Positions 48,265 to 55,858 of a DNA stretch of 64,000 nucleotides are shown here, in pieces (position 1 is the first letter of the stretch; every line of letters starts with the position of its first letter). Position numbers and translations under genes: made by a program. Source of the stretch: a virus; the IMG/VR virus record IMGVR_UViG_3300045988_090117, positions 4,812 to 68,811 of that record; one strand, written 5' to 3'. The notes under the pieces were generated by a model that saw nothing but the letters and a program-made list of their open reading frames with translations, was not told the origin of the DNA and ran no database searches.

Positions 48265-48948
48265 TTAAAATTCATCATCTACAACTCTACGTCTTCTGCT
48301 CTCCCTTCTTGGTGTTTCATCACGTCTACTTGGAGCAGGTTCATTATCAGTATGAGCTTTATTTCCGCCCCAGTCATATATACCATCTACTACATCTATC
48401 ATGTCAGCTTTACTCATCTTTGTCACATAAGTTCCTTCTATATCGACCTTTTCAGGGAAGTCATCTAAACATTTACCATCTTTTTCTAATGCAAACATTT
48501 CATAAGTAGTATTAGTATCACCTTTTTTTCCTTTTCTCTCAATCTCGATAGGACGCTCAACTAAGCTACCGTATCTATTCAAGAAACTTACTATTTTACC
48601 TACAAAGTTTTTACCTCTCTCCCAAACTTTAAGTTTACCATCTGTCTCATCATATAACTGTAGGAATAGTTTTTCTTGTGTTCTATATCCAGCTTTACAT
48701 AATGGACAATCATCTTTATGAACATGACCATCTTCATCAACTGCATTACAACTTATATATTTTCTTACCTTTTTACCATTAATTTCAACTTCTATTTGGT
48801 GGACTAAATAGAAGTCCATATCTTCACCGTTTGGATCTTCATATAACATTCTTACTTGTGCTATATCTCCATCATCTTTTAATGTGAAGTATTCACTTGT
48901 ACCTACACTTGTAAATTTACCTGCATCTTTAATATTTATTTTAGCCAT
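48265..48948 (-). CDS. Putative single-stranded DNA-binding protein
   Basis: Lies upstream of polA. Has a possible Zn site H.H..DCPLC, and a basic R-rich stretch ending in the acidic tip VVDDEF, as in SSB C-termini. Confidence 0.45.
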   Translation of the reverse strand: MAKINIKDAGKFTSVGTSEYFTLKDDGDIAQVRMLYEDPNGEDMDFYLVHQIEVEINGKKVRKYISCNAVDEDGHVHKDDCPLCKAGYRTQEKLFLQLYDETDGKLKVWERGKNFVGKIVSFLNRYGSLVERPIEIERKGKKGDTNTTYEMFALEKDGKCLDDFPEKVDIEGTYVTKMSKADMIDVVDGIYDWGGNKAHTDNEPAPSRRDETPRRESRRRRVVDDEF

Positions 48949-48986
48949 TTAAAACCAACTCCTTTATTTTTATTTATTACATATAT

Positions 48987-49015
48987 AGTATAGAAAACTT
49001 TTAAAGTTTACTAAC
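48987..49015 (-). promoter_or_regulatory. Phage promoter motif GTTAGT-17-TATACT
   Basis: Minus strand reads GTTAGTAAACTTTAAAAGTTTTCTATACT. Confidence 0.55.
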
Positions 49016-49030
49016 CTACTTTTATATTTT

Positions 49031-49070
49031 TTTTCAAATAAAAAGATAGGTCATTTTACTGACCTATCCT
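49031..49070 (-). terminator. Rho-independent terminator
   Basis: Minus strand reads GGATAGGTCA-GTAAAA-TGACCTATC followed by TTTTTATTT. Confidence 0.65.
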
Positions 49071-49074
49071 TTTT

Positions 49075-49152
49075 TTATTTATAATATAATTTATAAAACA
49101 TTAACATTGACATTCTTAGTCTTGTTATACTCTTAAACATTTGTTCATTCAT
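49075..49152 (-). CDS. 25-aa micro-ORF in an isolated transcription unit
   Basis: MNEQMFKSITRLRMSMLMFYKLYYK with SD AAAGGAG. Flanked by a degenerate promoter motif (49186-49191) and the terminator at 49031-49070. Confidence 0.25.
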   Translation of the reverse strand: MNEQMFKSITRLRMSMLMFYKLYYK

Positions 49153-49263
49153 ATAATCATCTCCTTTATTTTCTATTCTATATATAGAATAGAAAACTTT
49201 TAAATAAAATATTTGTGATTAAATTCTAATCTACGGTACATTAATACCATTTTATCACCCTTC

Positions 49264-51414
49264 CTAACTACAACGACTCCATCCACATTCAGGACAACTA
49301 TTACATCCTCCAGTGAAGTTTAATTTATATCCACATTCAGGACAAGTGCTTACAGTAACTTCCTCTTGGTTAACTTCCGCTGTACTCATCTCAATATGGT
49401 CTGTGATATATCTTTGGTTTAGTTCTAATAGTGCTTTCCCTATAGCACTTGGACAACACTTACCTGAACTAGTATCACCTTTTACAGCATTTCTAACAGT
49501 ATAAGAAGGACAAGCTGGCACACTATTTAATTGATCTACTATCTCTTGTACAGATGCTCCTTTTTTACCAGCTAATGATATTAATCTACTAAGTCCTACC
49601 ATAAAACTATTGCATCCACCTGTGCTACCTTTGTCTAAGAATATATGGCATAAATTACCAGTTTTCTTATGGAAGTATACTGACATCCATAAGCTGCCAC
49701 ATCCAGTAGTTAATTGAGTACCATATGCTACACAATTATCAATTGAAGTATCACATAATGGTATGTGTATTGGATCTTCTTTTGGTTGTTCTTTTGGTTT
49801 ATCTACTACTAATATTCCTTCCTTCTTACATCCAGCTCTATACACTGTCAATCCTTTACATCCTTCCTCCCATGCGGCTTGATATAAATCTCTTATAGTT
49901 TCAACACTAGTATCATTAGTTACATTTACTGTACTACTTATACTAGCATCAATATATCTTTGCCATCTAGCTTGTATTGTAACTCTATCGAATGGATCTA
50001 TATTCTGAGCAGTGGCTATGTTGCCCACTTCTTCTTCTGAAATTAACTCCATATCAATCATCTTTTGTATTATTGGAGTATATACATTGTAATATACATC
50101 TTCTCCATGTAGGGATTCAGTTTTTCTTGTATAGTGTGTAGCAAATATCGGTTCTACGCCACCACTAACTCCTAACATTGTACTAATACTTCCAGTTGGT
50201 GCAATAGTAAATAATTGGCTATTTCTAAGACCATATTGTTTTATTAGTTCGATAGTATTACCTTCAATAACATTATGGTTTCTTAATACGGATATAAAAT
50301 CACTTGATAATAATAATTTTGTATCACATTGTGGAAAACATTCAGTTTCCTTAGCTAATAAGGCACTCTCTTTAAGTCCTGTGTTAACCAATGTACTACC
50401 AACTGTGTGGATTATATCAAGAGCACGTGCTGAATCATATTGACAACTCATTTTTAATAGCATATCTGCAAATCCCATTATGCCAAGTCCTATTTGTCGC
50501 CAATCACGTACACTTTTTCTTTGTTCTTCCAATGGATGTAATTCTAATCCTTCATCTAATACATTATTTAAGGCTCTTATAGCTATTCTTACTGCACTTT
50601 TGAACTCAGGGATATTAAATGCAGCTTGTGGAGTAAATGGGTTTTCTACAAATTCACTTAAGTTTAATGCACCTAATAAACAGCTACCACCTGCGGGAAG
50701 TGGCTCCTCGGCGCAGGGATTAACTCCCGCATACTCAAAGTTATCAAAGTTATTTAAAAGATTATAACTCTTTATTGTATCCCAGTATAACATTCCTGGC
50801 TCAGCCCAATCATAATTATTTTGAGCAATGTGATCTAGTATATCTCCTCTATTTGCCATGTCCTCATCACTCATTTGTACTGAGATATTACATTTTTCTA
50901 GTTTGTTATCTAGTTTAGCGTCGATAAAATCATGTACGTCAGGGTGACTACTATCTATACTAATCATTAATGCACCGCGGCGGCCATTCTGTCCAATAAC
51001 TCTTGCAGTCTGTTCCAAAACATCCATAAATGATACAGCTCCACTAGTTGTAAGGGATGCATTGTGTACTTCTGCTCCTTTTGGTCTTAATGTACTGATA
51101 TTCACGCCGCAGCCTCCTCCATAGCTAAATGTACGGGCTAACTTCATTGCGGCTGTATATATACCTTCGATACTATCTTCTGGTGGTTCTATTACATAAC
51201 AGTTACTGTAAGTAACTCCTCTATCTGTAATACCTCTATTACTAAGTATTCTACCACCAAATAAGAACTTCTTATCTACTATTAATTGTGCTACTTGTTT
51301 ATCTCCACCTGATACTCTATCTAGCCATTGGTCAAAACTTTCATCATTACGTTGATATTTTTTCTTCCAAATATCTTCTCCTAGCTCACTTAATTTCCAA
51401 TCTTTTAAATCCAT
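49264..51414 (-). CDS. nrdJ: Class II (B12-dependent) ribonucleotide reductase
   Basis: Single 716-aa chain with NPCAEEPLPAGGSC (NPCxE active-site loop) and a C-terminal zinc ribbon CPECG..CNSCPECG. No NrdB-like partner gene was seen. Confidence 0.7.
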   Translation of the reverse strand: MDLKDWKLSELGEDIWKKKYQRNDESFDQWLDRVSGGDKQVAQLIVDKKFLFGGRILSNRGITDRGVTYSNCYVIEPPEDSIEGIYTAAMKLARTFSYGGGCGVNISTLRPKGAEVHNASLTTSGAVSFMDVLEQTARVIGQNGRRGALMISIDSSHPDVHDFIDAKLDNKLEKCNISVQMSDEDMANRGDILDHIAQNNYDWAEPGMLYWDTIKSYNLLNNFDNFEYAGVNPCAEEPLPAGGSCLLGALNLSEFVENPFTPQAAFNIPEFKSAVRIAIRALNNVLDEGLELHPLEEQRKSVRDWRQIGLGIMGFADMLLKMSCQYDSARALDIIHTVGSTLVNTGLKESALLAKETECFPQCDTKLLLSSDFISVLRNHNVIEGNTIELIKQYGLRNSQLFTIAPTGSISTMLGVSGGVEPIFATHYTRKTESLHGEDVYYNVYTPIIQKMIDMELISEEEVGNIATAQNIDPFDRVTIQARWQRYIDASISSTVNVTNDTSVETIRDLYQAAWEEGCKGLTVYRAGCKKEGILVVDKPKEQPKEDPIHIPLCDTSIDNCVAYGTQLTTGCGSLWMSVYFHKKTGNLCHIFLDKGSTGGCNSFMVGLSRLISLAGKKGASVQEIVDQLNSVPACPSYTVRNAVKGDTSSGKCCPSAIGKALLELNQRYITDHIEMSTAEVNQEEVTVSTCPECGYKLNFTGGCNSCPECGWSRCS

Positions 51415-51453
51415 ACAACTGCCTCCTTTATATTTATAAGTCTTACTATATAT

Positions 51454-51482
51454 AGTATAGTAAGACTTTATTTTTTACTAAC
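51454..51482 (-). promoter_or_regulatory. Phage promoter motif GTTAGT-17-TATACT (upstream of nrdJ)
   Basis: Minus strand reads GTTAGTAAAAAATAAAGTCTTACTATACT. The -10 is embedded in a 13-bp perfect inverted repeat (51438-51468). Confidence 0.55.
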
Positions 51483-52080
51483 TCAATAAATAATTTAATT
51501 TCTTTTGAAGTGCACGTCTAATTCCAACAACACCTGCAGTACTAACTCCAATTTCCCTTGCCATGTGAGATTGTTGTAAGTCACACATATGGTCAAGTGC
51601 TACCATACAGTATTGTAATTGTTTTTCAGATAAATCTTCCTTATGTACTAAGTCAGATAATTCAACTTTGTCATACTCATCTTCAACACTTGCTTCCTCC
51701 CATCTATCTTCAGTTGTTTCATAACAACTCATTGGAGTACATTGGTCACCGTTGTTGGCTTTACGTTTATTACTCGCATTACTTTGTGTTAGAGTTCTAA
51801 GAGCATTCTTGATATAAACACATATCATAGAAGTAAGTTTACCACTAGTACTCTTTTCAGCATCAAAGTTTTCAAAACATTTCCATATTTGTTCTAATAT
51901 AACACTTGTAACTTCATCATCACTTACACCAACATATTTTTTACTCACTTGATAGAATAAACTTTTATTTGTTTCAAATACATATGCAATAACTTCATCA
52001 TGAAAACCTGCTTGATAATCTTTTATTAATTCCTCATCAGTGTGTTTTAAACCATAAACTTTTACAACATCGTTAAACAT
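51478..52080 (-). CDS. Phage sigma-70-family factor (ECF-like size)
   Basis: Region 2-like DEVTSVILEQIWKCFENFD and region 4 HTH MAREIGVSTAGVVGIRRALQKKL. Directly downstream of the sigma-A-type promoter at 52130-52158. Confidence 0.6.
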   Translation of the reverse strand: MFNDVVKVYGLKHTDEELIKDYQAGFHDEVIAYVFETNKSLFYQVSKKYVGVSDDEVTSVILEQIWKCFENFDAEKSTSGKLTSMICVYIKNALRTLTQSNASNKRKANNGDQCTPMSCYETTEDRWEEASVEDEYDKVELSDLVHKEDLSEKQLQYCMVALDHMCDLQQSHMAREIGVSTAGVVGIRRALQKKLNYLLS

Positions 52081-52129
52081 ACATCATTCCCCCTGAACTG
52101 TATTTTTTTATTTACTTTCTATATTTATA

Positions 52130-52158
52130 ATTATATAAAGGTTTATATAATTAATCAA
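52130..52158 (-). promoter_or_regulatory. Canonical sigma-A-type promoter TTGATT-17-TATAAT
   Basis: Minus strand reads TTGATTAATTATATAAACCTTTATATAAT, with -35 at 52158-52153 and -10 at 52135-52130. Confidence 0.65.
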
Positions 52159-52165
52159 CACTTTT

Positions 52166-53164
52166 TTATAAATTTATTGAAGAAATTTCTAATTTATCAA
52201 ATTCAGTGTCTAAATCGTTGATGTCTCTACTATCTAAATAGTTTACTTTACTCAATAACTTAGTCTTTCCTAAATGATGTAATAATTTTCTACTACCATT
52301 CTTGCCAGCTTCGTCTGGGTCTAGTGCTATTATATAATGTCTTATAGGTAATTTATTCAACATAGAATACTGATTTCCTCCTCCAGTACCAAATATACAT
52401 ATAGCGGGATGACCTAACTTCCAAAGAGTTAACATATTAAATGGAGATTCCACTATATATACTGGTTGTTTATATAACTTTAGTCTCAGTACCTCACTTG
52501 CACCTAATAAATAATCAGTTTTATTTACGCCACTTGGTATATAGTAAGTTTTACCCACTATACTTCTACGTTGTATCCATTTTACCTCACCTTTTAAGTT
52601 TGCTACTGGTATAGTTATGCAGTCATCTCTACGGTCATATCCAATATCAAACTGTTCAATAATGTCGTCGGTCAAACCTCTACTATACATATAACCAACA
52701 GTGTATCTATAAGCCTCTAGGACGTCATAGGGGACGGTCGGTAGCTCCTCTTGAGTAATTCTTCGTCTACTTAAATTTAACTCCACCTTACGGGTTTTAA
52801 GAGTTAGACCTGTATTATATTGAGCCTTAATCCATTTATTCCCAAATACTCCGCCATCGTTATAGCCAAAGCAAGAACTAATAAAACTTATCAGTGACGC
52901 AGTATAACCACAAGTAAAACAATGTACTGTGCCAGGCTCTATTATTTTACTCCCTTGATATTTTGGAACAATAGAAACCCCACAAGAGGGCTTTCGTTCA
53001 TGTCCATCTTTATGTACTGGACAAGTTATCATGATGTTATCTCCTGTGGGTTTTATATCATTCAATAAAAATATTCCATTACTCATCAAACTACCTTTTA
53101 AATCAATTAATAACTGTTGATACGTTGTATCAAGTTCCATGCCATTTACATTAATCATCTTCAC
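52166..53164 (-). CDS. dnaG: DNA primase (DnaG-like: zinc finger plus TOPRIM)
   Basis: CPVHKDGHERKPSC...HCFTCG zinc finger; YIVESPFNMLTLW and IIALDPDEAG (TOPRIM). Confidence 0.75.
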   Translation of the reverse strand: MKMINVNGMELDTTYQQLLIDLKGSLMSNGIFLLNDIKPTGDNIMITCPVHKDGHERKPSCGVSIVPKYQGSKIIEPGTVHCFTCGYTASLISFISSCFGYNDGGVFGNKWIKAQYNTGLTLKTRKVELNLSRRRITQEELPTVPYDVLEAYRYTVGYMYSRGLTDDIIEQFDIGYDRRDDCITIPVANLKGEVKWIQRRSIVGKTYYIPSGVNKTDYLLGASEVLRLKLYKQPVYIVESPFNMLTLWKLGHPAICIFGTGGGNQYSMLNKLPIRHYIIALDPDEAGKNGSRKLLHHLGKTKLLSKVNYLDSRDINDLDTEFDKLEISSINL

Positions 53165-53310
53165 ATAACTCCCATCTACTATGGTCTTCTATCCACTCAT
53201 CTAGGCACTCAGTACTGCAAAACTTAAGTTCCTTATAACTACAATAATCAGGTAATTCTAAAACTATATAATCATAGTCTAATTTTTCTTCACAATGTTC
53301 ACATCTCATA
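53151..53310 (-). pseudogene. Small CxxC...FCSxxC zinc-ribbon ORF interrupted by a +1 frame change at 53280
   Basis: ATG at 53310 (SD ACAGGAGGG) gives MRCEHCEEKLRL*. The +1 frame from 53279 reads DYDYIVLELPDYCSYKELKFCSTECLDEWIEDHSRWELCEDD* and has no start codon of its own. Confidence 0.4.
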
Positions 53311-53467
53311 ATTATCCCTCCTGTATTTTATATAATAAATCAAATAGTGGGTCTAGGTGCTCAAATACTAAATCACCTTCATCCACTGCTTTATTTATCA
53401 GCCATTTTAATTCTCGTACTAAATCTTTTTCTATTTCCATTTCTCTTATTTTTCTACCAGTTAACAT
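53300..53467 (-). CDS. Small hypothetical protein (55 aa), not in the ORF track
   Basis: My translation is MLTGRKIREMEIEKDLVRELKWLINKAVDEGDLVFEHLDPLFVYYIKYRRDNYEM; SD AAAGGAG upstream. Confidence 0.4.
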
Positions 53468-53488
53468 ATAATCAACTCCTTTAAATAT

Positions 53489-53517
53489 ATTATATTAAAT
53501 TTATTAAAATTACTAAC
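53489..53517 (-). promoter_or_regulatory. Phage promoter motif GTTAGT-17-TATAAT
   Basis: Minus strand reads GTTAGTAATTTTAATAAATTTAATATAAT. Confidence 0.5.
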
Positions 53518-53526
53518 TAACAAATT

Positions 53527-53625
53527 AAAAAAATAAAAACCCCTGACACTGTCCGCTCCAATGCCAGGGTAAAAAAAGGGGAGTTATATTATGAGTAGAA
53601 GAATGTGCCTCCACATTTCCTCTAC
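53527..53625 (-). ncRNA. Candidate small RNA A (~97 nt): promoter motif, 5' hairpin, AUAUAACUCCCC, terminator
   Basis: Starts ~7 nt after the TATACT at 53637-53632. 5' hairpin is GUAGAGGAAAUGUG-GAGG-CACAUUCUUCUAC. Terminator is CCCUGGCA..UGUCAGGG plus U5AU7; it contains a G-U pair, which on the plus strand would be an A-C mismatch. No ORF with usable SD spacing. Confidence 0.4.
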
Positions 53626-53631
53626 ATATAT

Positions 53632-53660
53632 AGTATAGAAAAAAATGCCATTTTACTAAC
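53632..53660 (-). promoter_or_regulatory. Phage promoter motif GTTAGT-17-TATACT (drives candidate sRNA A)
   Basis: Minus strand reads GTTAGTAAAATGGCATTTTTTTCTATACT. Confidence 0.55.
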
Positions 53661-54955
53661 TAAAAAACATCAGTAACATCAATTATTTTATTATTATTTC
53701 TAAGTGGTAATTGTGGCTCAATCTCAGCTCCATCTTCCAATTGTTCAGTCACAAATGAGAAAATACCGTTGTCTATGTCCCACACATATAATAATTGCTT
53801 ATTATTTTCTCCATATCTATTCTTAGTTATTTTAAGACTCAATCCCGCTTTAGTCTGCACAAGAGATATAACCCTACTACTATTCTGAGCAATACCATCA
53901 CTCTCACCTATATCTGCTAGTTCGGGATTCTCAGGTTTGTCGATATCAGCTTTATTTCTATTTGCTTGTGCATCTACTATAATTGGGATGCTGAATTCTA
54001 TACTGATATTAAATAAATCTTGAGCAATATGTGTGTACTGAGTTCTTGTTTGGTCTCCCTTTCCTCGTCTCTCATCTTCCATTAATGATATTTGGTCTAT
54101 GCCAACTATGTCTGGTTTATACTCTTTTATAAGTGCTCTTAGTTTACTAACTGTTAACATTTTACCTCCAAAGTCTACTGGTGTTACTACTATATATGGA
54201 GGTAATTCTTTATTAGTTTCCAGATCATTAATGTATTGCTTATAATCTCCATCTGCTATTGTACCTCTCATTAATTGAGAGTTTGTGTAGTTCATACCTA
54301 ATGTATCATTTCTATATGCCACTTGTAATACACCCATCTCACCACTGTAATGGAGTACTTTTTTATATTGTCTATTTGCCTCTGTTAGAAACTTTTGTAA
54401 CAGCCAAGATTTACCTTGGTTTACTCTACCAACTATAGTTACTAGTTCTTCACCTGGTAGCCATCCATTAAGTATCTTGTCTAATTCAGGTAAGCCACTA
54501 CCAATTCCTAACATACCACCTTTAGCACGTTTATTCTCTAAGTCCTTTATTTTCTCATCAACCATATTGTTAATATTTACTCCATTACTCTGAACAGTTT
54601 GGTCAAGTAAACGTTGTGCCCTTGTGACTATATGTTGTAAGCCATCAAAAGCATTCTGTTCTAATACATCACCACTAGCTTGAAATAGTGCCACTCCTTG
54701 GTCAAATAGATAGTTTTCTTTTAGATTATAGATAATATATTTTAGTGGCTCTAATACTTCAACAACATCAAAGTCAGGAAATTTTCCCATGAATGTTTCC
54801 CAGTCAGGTACTTTTCCATAAGTTCTAAAGTGAGTACATATAAAATCAAACTCATCTTGATAGTCTTTAAAATACTCTTTTGTTATCCCTTGACTCGTAT
54901 ACGCATCTAAATTATTATTATTTAATATATCATTAATTGCTTGTAGTTGTACCAT
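53660..54955 (-). CDS. dnaB: Replicative DNA helicase (DnaB family)
   Basis: GIGSGLPELDKILNGWLPGEELVTIVGRVNQGKSWLL (Walker A), DIVGIDQISLM and QANR motifs. Confidence 0.85.
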   Translation of the reverse strand: MVQLQAINDILNNNNLDAYTSQGITKEYFKDYQDEFDFICTHFRTYGKVPDWETFMGKFPDFDVVEVLEPLKYIIYNLKENYLFDQGVALFQASGDVLEQNAFDGLQHIVTRAQRLLDQTVQSNGVNINNMVDEKIKDLENKRAKGGMLGIGSGLPELDKILNGWLPGEELVTIVGRVNQGKSWLLQKFLTEANRQYKKVLHYSGEMGVLQVAYRNDTLGMNYTNSQLMRGTIADGDYKQYINDLETNKELPPYIVVTPVDFGGKMLTVSKLRALIKEYKPDIVGIDQISLMEDERRGKGDQTRTQYTHIAQDLFNISIEFSIPIIVDAQANRNKADIDKPENPELADIGESDGIAQNSSRVISLVQTKAGLSLKITKNRYGENNKQLLYVWDIDNGIFSFVTEQLEDGAEIEPQLPLRNNNKIIDVTDVF

Positions 54956-55668
54956 TATATTCTCACCCCTTTTGGTTTCCTTTGTGGCTTGTTAATAAAT
55001 TCTACTATTGTACTTGTATCTAATATTCTACTCGCCAACCTACCACCAATATTATCATCTAACTGTTCATCAATAACATTACTAGTAAATATATTAGCTT
55101 TATTATTTACTATACGTGGGTTAATAAGACTAAATAATATTTGGTGGTCATATTCTTTTAACTTAGTTACTCCTATGTCGTCCCAAATTACAAGATCTAC
55201 TGTTGGTATTAATTTTTCCATTTCTTCTAGTCTCAAGTCAGGTCGTTTTATGGCATTTCTTTTAGCCATTAAGAACTCATCTACATTGATGAATAGACCT
55301 CTACAACGTGTGCCATTGCCATTCCAAATATTACTAAAATATTTACTCATTAACTTTATTGCCCACGTAGTTTTACCATTACCAAAATATGGGCTATATA
55401 AATATAAGTTACATCCATCTTGTACAAATTCATTGATATTATTCTTTACACCATTAAGATACTCGTACTTTTTAAGATCATCACCCGCACTCAACTTCAA
55501 GTCCTCAGGTTGCTGCTTATTCGGTGGAATATTTGCCAAGTTAACCAAATAATAATATTGAAAATATACACTACAACTACAATTGCAGTCCTTTGTATTA
55601 TACATAGGACAGTTAGTCCTAAACCAACATTTATCTTTATTAAATTTAAATTCTTTTACATCATACAT
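54955..55668 (-). CDS. DnaC/IstB-like AAA+ helicase loader with a Cys-rich N-terminus
   Basis: LYLYSPYFGNGKTTWAI (Walker A), LVIWDDIG (Walker B), and N-terminal CWFRTNCP..CNCSC. Confidence 0.6.
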   Translation of the reverse strand: MYDVKEFKFNKDKCWFRTNCPMYNTKDCNCSCSVYFQYYYLVNLANIPPNKQQPEDLKLSAGDDLKKYEYLNGVKNNINEFVQDGCNLYLYSPYFGNGKTTWAIKLMSKYFSNIWNGNGTRCRGLFINVDEFLMAKRNAIKRPDLRLEEMEKLIPTVDLVIWDDIGVTKLKEYDHQILFSLINPRIVNNKANIFTSNVIDEQLDDNIGGRLASRILDTSTIVEFINKPQRKPKGVRI

Positions 55669-55691
55669 ACTAAAAACCTCCCTTTATTTAT

Positions 55692-55720
55692 AGTATAGTA
55701 AAAAATCTACTTTTACTAAC
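55692..55720 (-). promoter_or_regulatory. Phage promoter motif GTTAGT-17-TATACT
   Basis: Minus strand reads GTTAGTAAAAGTAGATTTTTTACTATACT. Confidence 0.55.
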
Positions 55721-55723
55721 AAG

Positions 55724-55821
55724 AAAAAACCCCCGATACCAAAGGGGGGGGGTAGATATCGGGGTAAAAAATAAATATTAAGGGGTTATATATGTAAGGG
55801 GCTGAATACCATATTCCTTAC
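55724..55821 (-). ncRNA. Candidate small RNA B (~98 nt), paralogue of A
   Basis: Starts after the TATACT at 55833-55828. 5' hairpin is GUAAGG..CCUUAC, followed by AUAUAACCCCUU. Terminator is CCCCGAUAUC-(loop containing C9)-GGUAUCGGGG plus U6. The U-G wobble is only possible in the minus-strand RNA. Confidence 0.4.
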
Positions 55822-55827
55822 ATATAT

Positions 55828-55856
55828 AGTATAGAAAAAATCCCCATTTTGCTAAC
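55828..55856 (-). promoter_or_regulatory. Phage promoter motif GTTAGC-17-TATACT (drives candidate sRNA B)
   Basis: Minus strand reads GTTAGCAAAATGGGGATTTTTTCTATACT. Confidence 0.55.
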
Positions 55857-55858
55857 TA

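Noticed and set aside
51438-51468. An NrdR-box-like palindrome (core CTATATATAG) and a 13-bp inverted repeat over the -10 box upstream of nrdJ
   Set aside because: CTATATATAG matches the core of the NrdR box (CwAtATaTwG). However, the same decamer is part of the general promoter motif at several other, unrelated genes (23251, 39796, 60105), and the ACA/TGT flanks are missing. The 13-bp inverted repeat (AAGTCTTACTATA/TATAGTAAGACTT) is real and unique to this copy, but I cannot assign it a function.
53590-53622. Mini-ORFs inside candidate sRNAs A (MWRHILLLII) and B (MVFSPLHI, 55781-55807)
   Set aside because: The SD-like GAGGA/AAGGA lies only 1-2 nt from the ATG, and the start region is buried in the 5' hairpin. 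The two peptides share no sequence, although the RNAs are homologous.
54947-55552. 201-aa plus-strand ORF, and the many other plus-strand ORFs in the track (e.g. 19578..20072, 28427..28840, 42269..42661)
   Set aside because: All are antisense to well-supported minus-strand genes (here the DnaC-like gene). They are Leu/Ile/Phe/Ser-rich, as expected for the antisense strand of AT-rich coding sequence, and lack SDs. No plus-strand promoter or terminator signals were seen.
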